A stretch of 64,000 nucleotides of DNA, from assembly GCF_006345805.1 (NCBI RefSeq), contig NC_043012.1, positions 3,844,001 to 3,908,000 on the forward strand, in the 5' to 3' direction. Below, piece by piece: positions 52,387 to 64,000 of this stretch (the first letter of the stretch is position 1; every line of letters starts with the position of its first letter). Origin of the DNA: Octopus sinensis (taxonomy: Eukaryota). The notes below the pieces were generated by a model. It was given only the letters and a program-made list of their open reading frames with translations. It did no database searches and had not been told where the DNA came from. The position numbers and the translations under genes are program-made.

Positions 52387-52706
52387 TACTTCCTACTTTA
52401 CAATTGAAGTAGTTAACAACAGGAATTATGTACATTATTTACATTTGATGGATATTTCTCCTCATCTTGTTTGTTAACACGTTTCAGCTGATATACCCTC
52501 CAGCCTTCATCAGGTGTCTTGGGGAAATTTCGTACTTCCTACTTTACAATGAAGTAGTAACAACAGGAATTATGTACATTTTACATTTGATGGATATTTC
52601 TCCTCATCTTGTTTGTTAACACGTTTCAGCTGATATACCCTCCAGCCTTCATCAGGTGTCTTGGGGAAATTTCGAACCTGGGTTCTCATTCCTAAGGTAT
52701 TTTCAA

Positions 52707-52745
<39 letters not shown>

Positions 52746-52990
52746 AGTTAAGAGTGTGGGCTACTAACCCCAAGATTCCGAGTTCGACTATAGGCAGTGA
52801 CCTGAATAATAATAACAACATCGAAAAATACCTTAGGAATGAGAACCCAGGTTCGAAATTTCTTTAAGACACCTGATGAAGGCTGGAGGGTATATCAGCT
52901 GAAACGTAGTGTTAACAACAAAGAAGATGAGGATAAATAACTGTCAAATGTAAATAATGTAAATAATTCCTCATCTCTTAAATATAGAAC
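52387..52990. mobile_element. Non-autonomous Penelope-like element: tandem plus inverted terminal copies, tRNA-like spacer, three hammerhead cores
   Basis: 146-bp tandem (52387/52533); about 52580-52740 inverted relative to about 52805-52965; spacer 52745-52803 with B-box-like GAGTTCGA; cores at 52513-52482 (-), 52655-52624 (-), 52873-52904 (+). Confidence 0.7.
52868..52913 (+). ncRNA. Minimal type I hammerhead ribozyme, core intact
   Basis: Stem I GACAC/GTGTT; CTGATGA 52873-79; stem II AGGCTG/CAGCT; GAA 52901-03; palindromic ACGT; GUA triplet ending 52908. Confidence 0.7.
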
Positions 52991-54659
52991 AGGAAGGGTA
53001 GTCAGCTATGAAATAGTCAGGAGGGATGGATGGACACACACACACACACACTCTTTTATGCTGTGTATGCCTACATCTTCTACATTGTGCACTAACCAAG
53101 AACACTGCTACAATGGTGATATTCCTCCATCCAACCAGAGTGCCACAGCCAACAAGGACCATTGAAATCTAGCATTTGCAAGATTTGAGGCTAATAGTCT
53201 GTGAGGCATCACTCCATAGCAGATGTCATTCATTTACTGCAGAATGTATAGGAGATCACATGAAATGAAGTGCCTTATTCAAGGATACAATGCACTACCC
53301 AGCCTTGGAATTGAAACCACAACCTAATAATTGTAAGTCCAACAGTCAAACCACTAGGCCACATGCCTTCACATACAATGGTAACATCATCATCGTTTAA
53401 CATTCACTTTTCCCTGTTGTCAACCCTCACCTGTTTCCAAGTAAGGTAATATTTTCCCATTGCCAGGCATGTTTTGCATGGAAAAACAGAAATGAACAAG
53501 GTCCCTTGTATGATGGTGATACTCGTTCATCACACCCTGGTACCAAAACAAACACTAAAACACACACACACACAATATATATATTTGAGCTTCTTTCAGT
53601 TTCCGTACCTCAAATGCACAAAAAAAAAAAAAAAACTTTGATCAGCCCATGGCTATTGTAGAAGATACTTGTCCAAGGGTTAGGGTTAGCACAGTAGGAC
53701 AGAACCCAAGACCATGTGGTTGGGAAGCAAGCTTCTTAACCACACAACTGAATGTAATTTCCTTTTACAGCCCTAAGGCACAGTCACTACCACCAAGAAA
53801 ACACATCTATGAGCCAAGAGAAAGCCTCTACACCAGATAAAGGGACCCCCACCCCCATCCTTCACACAGTTGAAATTTTGATAAACATTCAATTATAAAA
53901 CCATTCATTGACAAAAACAAAAAACTTTAAGCCTTAAGACTGAAACTAATTTACAGGAGTGGCATCTTAATGAATTTATAAAATTAAAAGTACATTATTT
54001 TTCTCTGTGTAGTTGTGTTCTACAGGTTCTTATTGACTCTCACCCCTACAATTACTACCACTGTACTAAAAAGCTTCCCCTACCACTTATTCCAAACAGT
54101 CACACCCGAGTTTTTTGAATTAGCAACTGAATTTCTCTCAAATTGCACTGCACTATTTTAAAAAGATAAGGATGCTTTATATGATGTATTCCTGGATCCA
54201 TTTTGCCTGGAAAAAAAAAAAATTTTTAAGGGTGGGGAGAGCTGGTCAAGGCCAGAATGCCTTTCATGACTGGTCTATTTGCTCAGAACTGACCTGGGGC
54301 CAAACAAACATTAAAACAAAACATTTTATAATGTTACATCCACTCTGCTCATGAACACACTCTCTGCAAATGCCAGGCCTCAAAACTTCTGATAACCTTT
54401 CAATATAACCACATATCAATATAGAGGCTCTCTCATTGGCTAGATAGATGTGTAGCTAGTGTGATGACCTTTCAAGATAAGGCCAACAAGACAGCCTCTA
54501 TGGGGTCACTAGCTCTGCTAGAAATAGCAAATAGCAAATGGTTGGGCTACCTGCGATCACAAGCCTACCCCATTAGGGATGCCTTGGAACAAAACAAAAA
54601 GAACTATAATATATATGTAAGATCCAAGGATGAGGGTAGGAAGAAAGTTAGCTTCAAGC

Positions 54660-54690
<31 letters not shown>

Positions 54691-54694
54691 ATAG

Positions 54695-54734
<40 letters not shown>

Positions 54735-56029
54735 GGTATGTAGAAAAATACAACATGGACAAGAACGTATAACTCTTAGAAGACGATACAATAAACATGG
54801 ACAGGACATTCGAACCCCTCAGTCTTCAGTCAAGAACCGGATCATCGTAGTAATTTCGGCTGATTAATCTTGAATTACTAGATCACGGCCAGCCCTCCAA
54901 GAAAAACTAAGCAACGAGCATTAGAAAAACTAAGCTGGAAGCGTAGATTCCTGGAAGAAGATCGAATGCATACGAACACCAGGACAGCAAAAGGGACAGA
55001 TATAAAAAAAAAAAACACAAAAAACAATAATGGAATACAGAAACATGAAATACAGAAGCATTAACGGTGAAAACAACAAGTGTCTTACGACTGATAACAA
55101 GCAAACAAATTTTTTCTCTCTGGCGCATTGGAAAAAGCCATAATGAACTAACGAGGAATCATCTATATTGTTGGTCGCTCTCTCTGTTAGTAATAGCAGG
55201 CAAAATTTCCCTGAAATCACAATGTACTATAATGTGGCATGGTCCTTATATGTTACATCTGAGAGAAGAAAAACCCTGCATCATAACAGCTGGAATACCT
55301 TTGATTACAGATTCATTCAATCAAGGCTGACATGTGATTATACTACAGCAATCTCACCCAGCCCCACCACCACCACCACCACCATTCAATCTAAAAGTTT
55401 AGATTTCCTATTCAGGGTTAAAAAATTATGATTGTTCTGCAAAACACAATACACACCACATTCCAGAGTGTATGTCTCTGAAAGCTATCTGGTTGATAGG
55501 CAAACTTCCCATTCAATGGCCTGTTACAACTGCTCAATCACACAAGTTTGTTTTTTTTGTTTTTTATTATTAGTTCTACAAGTGGCCCATTCTCTTCTGA
55601 AGTAGAAACAAGTATACACCACTCCTAACCCAACTAATGTATCCCACTCCCACATCCATTCATCATTCCAGCTGAGTTTCATAACTAGACCCATTGTTTC
55701 CCCCATCCCCCACATTTCCTCCTCAAACATCAACATTCAAAAGTTGAAGCTGCACAGGTACTATGAAAAATGCTGCCCCCCCCCCCATCCACCTAACGCC
55801 ACTGAAGTTGTTCCCAAATTTGCTGAACACTTTAACCCCTATTTTTAAACCCAATTTCATAAGAAACCTTTTCAAAAGTATCTCATGGTAATGATCATCA
55901 TAAGGATCAACCCACCAGGCTCCTTTTGTCTTAAAAAATATGGCTGTGGAATTGAAACAACAGCTAACCATCGATGTGATGGGATGGCATGTCTTTTATA
56001 AAATGCAGTCAGTAAGGTGATCCTCCATC

Positions 56030-56078
<49 letters not shown>

Positions 56079-56677
56079 TAAACATACAGCTTTAAGCCAT
56101 GCATTTTATATTTCACAGTAAGAAAGAGATAAACAGACAGGCCCCATCAATTAACCCTCTCCCTGACTTTCTTAAAACGCTCAATGATTTAAAGATGTTA
56201 TTCTCAAATTTGAACCACTTAGCACAAGAGAGATTTCAATAGGTCTAAAGTGCACCACTTTTGTTTTAATCCGTACAGTGTGGGAACCAAGTATACTCTG
56301 TTCCGTGCATGTACACTCAAAACACAAGAACCAAGTTAATTCATGTTTTATAAAGGGGTACTTTCCGGAATTCTCTACACTTCATACTATGTAGTATGCA
56401 CATTTTATTTTTACTGGTCAAGAGAACTAATTTCGCAGTGAGGACTAAGTATGTTTGTCTTTTAGCTTTAGAATAGGGTTTGCTTATCAATACCAGCCTC
56501 TCCAGAAGACTTTTATTTTTTCAGTCTAGTTTTTCATTGCTAAATTCAATTTTAGATCTGGAACAATGAGGCTCCACTATAGTTTTCCAGGACTAACCCC
56601 TAACTACATCAATCTAATCACTCTACCAAATTTAATTAGTTCAGTCTGTAGTTAACCAGTAACATTTCTCATTAATC

Positions 56678-57164
56678 CAGCAGTTCTCAAACTTCTCAAA
56701 AAAGTTTACGTACCAGTCCCCTTATAGTTTTTTCGATGATTCATGGTCCCCTATAAAAAGACCTGCAACCCTGAAAACCACAACTTAATCCAGGCAATGC
56801 TCCATTGGGATACAATAAATGCACATGAAAATATGGAGAATCAGTTGATCAATTGGTTACAAAACAAATGAAAAATACCGACAGCACATACACAATCAAC
56901 CATTATGCCCACATATTTTCTATAAACCAATCACACTTGTACAACAAGTGTGACTAGCAAATGAGTGTGTAGGAGTGGTGTGGGGGTTTGAGGCCAACAA
57001 CAAAAAAGGCTGATAGCAAGCTAAAACTTGAAAGTCTTGAAATTTCTAAACTTAACTGTCTCAAGTCACCTTGTTTTCATGTTACTTCAGTGTCCCTTTG
57101 CAGTTTCCCTAAAATCACTTTGCGGTCTCCTAGGGGACTGCAGACCCCAGTTTGAGAACCACTG
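56678..57164. mobile_element. hAT-like MITE
   Basis: cagcagttctcaaact / agtttgagaaccactg; TSD cattaatc/cattaatg. Confidence 0.8.
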
Positions 57165-57245
57165 CATTAATGTTCTACATATTGATGTACACACATCCAT
57201 ATACATATTCATACACTATATATAATACATACATGTATATATGTG

Positions 57246-57282
<37 letters not shown>

Positions 57283-57321
57283 CACATATATATATATTCA
57301 TTGCCATACACTATATATAAT

Positions 57322-57693
57322 ATATGTGACCTGTGAAGACCTGTTGAGGCAAGTGAAAATCAAATCAAATCAAATCAAAATAGATGAACATCAATGGAAT
57401 TTGTATCTTTGTGGTACCAGTGCGGTGGCAACAAGAAAAAAAAACATCCGAACGTGGCCGTAGCCAGTACCGCATCAAACGGCCTCCGTGCTGTGGGCAG
57501 TAACAAACACCATCCGATCGTGCCGTTAGCCCAGCTCATCTGGCATGGTTGGCGTTAGGAAGGGCATCCAGCTGTAGAAACACTGCCAGATCTGACTGGC
57601 CTGGTGCAGCCTTCTGGCTCCCCAGACCCCAGTTGAACCGTCCAACCCATGCTAGCATGGAAAACGGACGCTAAATGATGATGATGATGATGA
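57322..57693 (+). mobile_element. 5'-truncated RTE 3' UTR insertion with (GAT)n tail and long flanking duplication
   Basis: Homologous to 28300-28385 and 15400-15535; exact 30-bp direct repeat at 57292-57321 / 57713-57742. Confidence 0.75.
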
Positions 57694-58839
57694 TATATAT
57701 ACACACATATACATATATTCATTGCCATACACTATATATAATGTTGAATATTTGTGCCATATTTTGCAAGGCAGCACTTGATGCTTTTAATTTGCAAGTC
57801 TTCGTCCTTCGTTAATTCCTAAGTGATAATGAAACTTCCACCAAAAGAAAAGGGAAAACAAAATTTTTTAATGTAAAAATCCAAGAAAACAATGGCTTCA
57901 TTAAGACAGCATTGATTAAAGCAATAATTCCTTACTCATATGAATGTGTACGTGTGTGTATATATGCAAATATATGTAAGGACATAAGTATGCATAAATG
58001 TATATGAATTTAAGTATATCTATCTATCTATCTATCTATCTATATTTTCCCATGCCTATATGCATACTTACATACATGAGTGTGTATGTGTGTGTGTGTG
58101 TGTATTCTTTATGTACTTAATTCACATTGACAAGTACAACAAATAATTACACTAAATGTAAGGGTTTTTTTTTGTTTTGCCTTGTGGGGGAGTGGAGTCT
58201 TCCTATTTCATGTTTGTTCACCACGTCCCACATCCACACACATACAGAGGTGCATACACACACATACACACACACACGCATGCACGCACACACACCTCTA
58301 ATTATGTTGTGTATTAAAGATTCAGCAATTTGCATTGTATAAAAATGAAATGAAATGGGGAGGGAGGGTGGGGGTGGAAGAGACCCAACACAATGCAAAA
58401 ACCCTTCATCAGAGTTGAAAGAAGAATTGAAGGAAAGATGGAATGGAAAAGAAGGGATGGGTGGGGTGGGGTGGGGTGGGGGTAAAAACACTGCTAAAAG
58501 CTGGAAGTATATGCAGAAAAAAACAAAACAAAACCTAGAGAAAGGTTTTAATAATCAAGATACATTTTTGAATCATGGTCGTGGGTAGAGCTAGCAAGAG
58601 TGATGATGAGTGGGTGACAAGGGTGACGGCGGCGGTGGTGGAGTGTTGGCAGTGATGGTGGTGGTGAGAGCGGCAATGGTGTGGTGGTGGTGGTGATTGT
58701 GGTGTTGATGGCAGTGGTGGTTTTTGGCAGTGATAGTACTTGTAGTGGTGGTAATGGTGGTGGAAGTGGTCATGCTGAGTATAGAGAGCAACTAATCACA
58801 AGGCTGATTGTAGATAAATATTCTCTAAAGAAAAAGAAA

Positions 58840-58844
<5 letters not shown>

Positions 58845-58877
<33 letters not shown>

Positions 58878-59112
58878 TGTATATACATATACATGTATCA
58901 TCATCATCGTTTAACGAATATATACACATGTGCATATATATATATATATACATACATATGCATGTATAGACATATATATATACACACACACATATATCAC
59001 ATTACTTCTCTCTCTCTCTCTCTCTATACATATATATATATATACATGTGTGTGGTATATATATATATATATATATACGTGTATGTACATAGATATATGT
59101 GTGTGTGGTGTG

Positions 59113-59148
<36 letters not shown>

Positions 59149-59174
59149 GTGTGCATATATATACATATATATAT

Positions 59175-59259
<85 letters not shown>

Positions 59260-59325
59260 CATACATACACACACATACATACATATACATGGGTGTGTAT
59301 GTATATATATGCGTATGTGCGTATA
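58845..59325. repeat. Compound (TA)/(CA)/(TG) microsatellite field
   Basis: Directly visible; source of many spurious YI/HT-rich ORFs. Confidence 0.9.
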
Positions 59326-59664
59326 TAAAACAAAGAGTAGCAAAGAAGAAAGAGAAAAAGCTTGAAAAATGTGAAAAAAATGAGGAAAGGTATGGAGAAA
59401 AAGGAGAAGCGAAGAGCGAGAGGAAAAAAATACCTCCTTTTGCAGAAAGATGGGGGTGGGAAGTTTTTCGGATGGGGAAGGTGGGGCTGAAATAATAAAA
59501 TGCCAGCTTAAACAACAACAGCAACAATATTCAAAGGTGATAGAGACAATGATGAAAGAAAAAGGAAAGAATAAAAGAAAGAAAATGAGAAAGGAAAAAA
59601 ATTCATTATCTTCGGTATTTTGAATGAGAAAATAGGAAAAGTGATTGCTCCCTCACTCTGTCTG

Positions 59665-60102
59665 AATGTGTGTGTGTGTGTGTATATATAATACATACAC
59701 ACATATAATATATATACACACACATATATATATATACACACCACACACATATATATATATACACACACACACACATATATATATATACACACACAATATA
59801 TATAACACACACCACATCATTATATACACAACACATATATATATATACACACACATATATTATATATATACACACACACACATATATATATACACCACCA
59901 CATATATATATATACACACACATATATATATATATACACACATACACACATATATATACACACACACATATATATACACACACACATATATATATATATT
60001 ACACACACACATATATATATATATACACACACACACATATATATATATATACACACACACATATATATATATACACACACATATATATATATATACACAC
60101 AC

Positions 60103-60152
<50 letters not shown>

Positions 60153-60320
60153 GTACACACACGCACACATAAATATACACACACATACACATATATATAT
60201 ATGTATCCACATACCCACATACATTTGAGAGAGAGAGAGAGGGGTGAAAGAGGTGAAGTGTGAGAGAGAGGGAGTGAGTGAGTGCAAGAGGGAGGGAGGG
60301 AGGGAGAGGGAGGGAGAATG
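59665..60320. repeat. About 550-bp alternating (TA)n(CA)n array followed by GA/GGGA repeats
   Basis: Directly visible. Confidence 0.92.
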
Positions 60321-61299
60321 AGAATACAAAGCTAAAACGGAAAGCTTGATGAATAAAACATCAAATTTCCTTCTTTTAGCTGAGAGTTATGAGTAATGAT
60401 TTCTGGAAATGTCATTTCACATATGCTGACACTGCTGGAGAAAAGAAATATTACATCAGAGAATTGTCATCTCCACGTCTGACACACAAACACATACGCA
60501 GATACATAAGACACACACAAACACACACACACACCACACACAGCCTTCTACAGATAACTTTCTGTTGTTATCGATACATGTGGAATGGCAGTTGGACTGT
60601 TCCTCTTTCTTTCCCTTTTTTTTTTTGGCATCGCAGATCCTGCATGTCGGGAATGTATATGGTGTGTGCATATATATATTTATTAGCAATCAGTCCCACA
60701 TGTGTGCGCATGTGTGTGAGAGAGAGAGAGAAAGGGGGAGAGGAGGAAGGGAGAGAGAGAGAGAAAAAGAGCACCTAGTAGTACTAATAATAAAAATAAT
60801 AACAGTAACAATAGAGCAAAGGACCCATCTGTTTCCAAATACAAATAAAGGGGTTTCCATCTATCATTATCTGCCAACAAAAAGCCATGTATCTTAAGAG
60901 GTGGAATGCGACTTTAGAATGTGATTCCACATATCTTAGAGGTGCAGCTGATGACAAATAGTCAGAACCAGCATTCACCACCACCACCACCACCACCACC
61001 ACCACTACCACTACCACCACCACAACGTCATCATCATCATCATAAAGAAATCAAATAAAACACAGGAGTGTTGCAACACAAGTGTGAATAACAGGGGATG
61101 GTGAGCAAACAAAGGAGCTGCTATCCACATGATTGTCCAGCCTGATAGAAATAACAGCCAAAACTGAACACAGACATGACGACTGTGTAAAGAAAGGAAG
61201 TTTACTTGCAATCACAGTGTATGTAGTAACCTATGCGAATACCTTGTTTCACAGCATGGGGCTTTGTCAATGGAATTTGTCAGACAAGAATTATACAAA

Positions 61300-61527
61300 A
61301 GGTGGCTAGCTGGCAGAAACAGCTCGCTGGGCGAAATGCTTAGCGGTATTTCGTCTGCCGCTACGTTCCGAGTTCAAATTCCGCCGAGGTCGACTTTGCC
61401 TTCCATCTTTACGGGGTCGATAAATTAAGTACCAGTTATACACTGGAGTCAATGTAATCAACTTAATCCCTTTGCCTGTCCATGTTTGTCCCCTCTATGT
61501 TTAGCCCCTTGTGGGCAACAAAGAAAT
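61300..61527 (+). mobile_element. Young family B SINE
   Basis: CpG-rich; TSD-like aagaattatacaaa / aagaattgtgcaga. Confidence 0.88.
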
Positions 61528-61885
61528 AAGAATTGTGCAGAAGACCATTATGTGTGTGTCTGAGCATATATACAGTGAGGGCACATGGTCTAGTGGTTAG
61601 GGTGTTGCACTCATAATCTAGTGATTGTGATTTCAATTCCTAGAATGGGCGGTGCATTGTGTTCTTGAACAAAACACTTCATCTCGCATCACTTGGCGAT
61701 CACTTCAACAACTGACACATGGTTCAGACCACATTAATTTAATGGAGAGATCGAGCTAATGTGCAGCACGAACATTTGATCACTCTAAGCAAATCATTTG
61801 TGCAGGTCATTTGGTAAAATGCTATACACACACACACATATATACACACACACACACACATATATACATACACACACACACATAT

Positions 61886-61927
<42 letters not shown>

Positions 61928-62017
61928 GGGAGAATTCACAAAAAAACAAAAGATGAAGACAAGCGGTGTAGACAACAAATAGATGTATTAGTATAACGCT
62001 TGGGAAGTGAAAAAGTC

Positions 62018-62051
62018 TTTAATGTTTTGAGCCTATGCTCTTCCTCAGAAA
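62018..62051 (-). ncRNA. Degenerate minimal hammerhead core within a short Penelope-like element (about 61925-62100)
   Basis: TTT CTGAGGA AGAGC ATAG GCTC AAA ACAT T AAA: G12 to A and a stem III change, both consistent with CpG deamination of CGAAACG. Confidence 0.5.
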
Positions 62052-63853
62052 GAAAATAAAGAATGTGTAGTGGCTAGCGATCTATCATGACACATATAAT
62101 GAGCAGGTATGTGGTTAAGAAGCTTGATTCCCAATCACAGGTGAGTTTCAGTCCCATTGCAGCTTGGGCGAGGGTCTTCTTTTATAGCATGAAACTGGTG
62201 AAAGCCTTGTGGGTGAACTCAAAAGAATCAAGAAGATAGATTGTGTGTGATCATTCAAGAAATAGAAATTGAATTTCCTTTGAATCAGGCTACATGATCT
62301 TAGAAAAAAAGACAAATTAAATAACATAGTCTCAAGATATACTAAAAAAAAAGGGTGGGGGGAGATAGTCATGACTGGAATACATCAGATCACAAGTCCA
62401 TAAGGTCAACATTGATCTGAGGCTAATAAACAAAAGCAACATTGAAGCAATGTAACAGGTAACCCAAACCAGAGTTGAACTCACAATTTTCCAGTCCATA
62501 GTCAGAAAAATAATTCATTATGCCACATAACATAATGCATAAGGTACCTGACTTCACTTGACCTGCTAAAAATAGCAGCTAAATCTCCTTCAGATCACAG
62601 AGGATAATGTAATGTCTAAGGAAGCAAAACAAAAAAAAATGATGGAATATGTCGTCACTATAACTCAACCATCCTCATCATCATTAAGATAGCATCCATT
62701 TTCTCATGTAAGCTTCTTGTCTGTTTAACCCACCAACCTAAAATCTGACCATATCACATTTACACACATTTTCTTGACATTTCTCTGCCACAAGGATCCT
62801 TCTACTGACAGACGCACACAGTTGTTTTGCAACTCAGCACACACTCTGTCTGCTCACATCACATGACCATATCAGTGCAGCCTCCCACCTCTCTCACTCT
62901 CCTCTTTACTTTTGCATTAATACTTTTTAATGCCCATTTCTTCTTCCAGCTCACCTTCGCTCTGCCTCGGATGCATTAATACATAAACAGACTTGGAGAA
63001 AATAACCATAACCATGACTACTAATAGATGAGTCGTAAATTTACAGAGTTTATATAATGATGTCCCAGTAGACTGAGTTGTGTTCTTATATTCTATTTTA
63101 TATTTGTTTTTCTTCCTAATTAAGTCACTTAAATATGTTTGCAGCATTTTATATAACTAACAAATAATGATTCTTTAATTTGGAAAGTTAACCTGACGTA
63201 GCTTCCCTAGATACTGTTGTAGTTTGCTCTGAGTCAGCCTTGAACAAACAGATTTATGAGCAAAGGTATTCTAGCCACAACCATCCATTCTATATTTTCT
63301 TCAGACATAATATATCTTGACCATATTATCCAATATGTGTCTTATTTATAATGATACTTGTGATTTAAAGGAAGGTTGGGTGTTATTTCTAGGTGGCTAA
63401 GTGACTACAAAGATGTCCCCAAATTGACTTTTCTAGACTTCCTAGTTTCCTATCTGCAAATTGCTTCAAACAAGCACAAAAACTAGAGATGGGCTCCAAC
63501 TTAATAAGTCATCATGAGACAAAGAAATATTTATTTAATGTTTCCTTAATGTAAAGTGCATGTGAGATGGACTATTGTGTTTTGAAATCACAAAAAAAAA
63601 ATACATCCTATAGAAATAAATTCAATCAAACTTTATACGAATTATGGAAATTTTAGGCAAAAAGTAAAGTATAGAGAAAGCTCCTTCATTCTTATCAAAG
63701 TAACTATATATAAAAAAAAAGAAAGAAAATGAGAACTGCAATCTATTCTAATCCTTTTTTTTTATAAAAAAAACTTTAGCCATTACAGATATGCATGTAT
63801 ACATACACACACATTTTCACATTGTAGGTATATTCATCCATAAACACATGGAC

Positions 63854-63854
<1 letters not shown>

Positions 63855-63926
<72 letters not shown>
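63855..63926. repeat. Perfect (CA)n of about 70 bp
   Basis: Directly visible. Confidence 0.95.
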
Positions 63927-63929
<3 letters not shown>

Positions 63930-64000
63930 CAATAAGCAGGATTGCTTGATTCTATTTGAATTCCATGAAAACAACTACGTCACATTGTTAGCAATCTCAG

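Overview
AT-rich eukaryotic genomic DNA, dense in SINEs and microsatellites; the repeat landscape strongly resembles Octopus (inference from remembered SINE sequences, not a database search). The one well-supported gene is a USP3-like deubiquitinase on the minus strand. Twelve coding exons could be traced by hand with GT-AG borders and consistent phases (37487 down to stop at 12669; 1282 nt, about 426 aa; Cys, His and Asp boxes intact). Its 5' exons (most of the zf-UBP domain) could not be found. A probable terminal exon of a convergent plus-strand gene (RAP-domain/FASTKD-like) lies at 1207-1390. The rest is tRNA-derived SINEs, truncated LINEs (CR1/L2, RTE, R4/Dong), hAT, piggyBac and Tigger-like MITEs, a mariner remnant and simple repeats. 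The most striking non-genic signal is ten hammerhead-ribozyme cores at six loci. They include a nearly intact one on the sense strand of a USP3 intron, a perfect 62-bp-arm foldback, a 354-nt tandem pair, and an element combining a tRNA-like head with a hammerhead in a Penelope-style inverted/tandem structure. Nearly all entries in the supplied ORF track are microsatellite or SINE artefacts.
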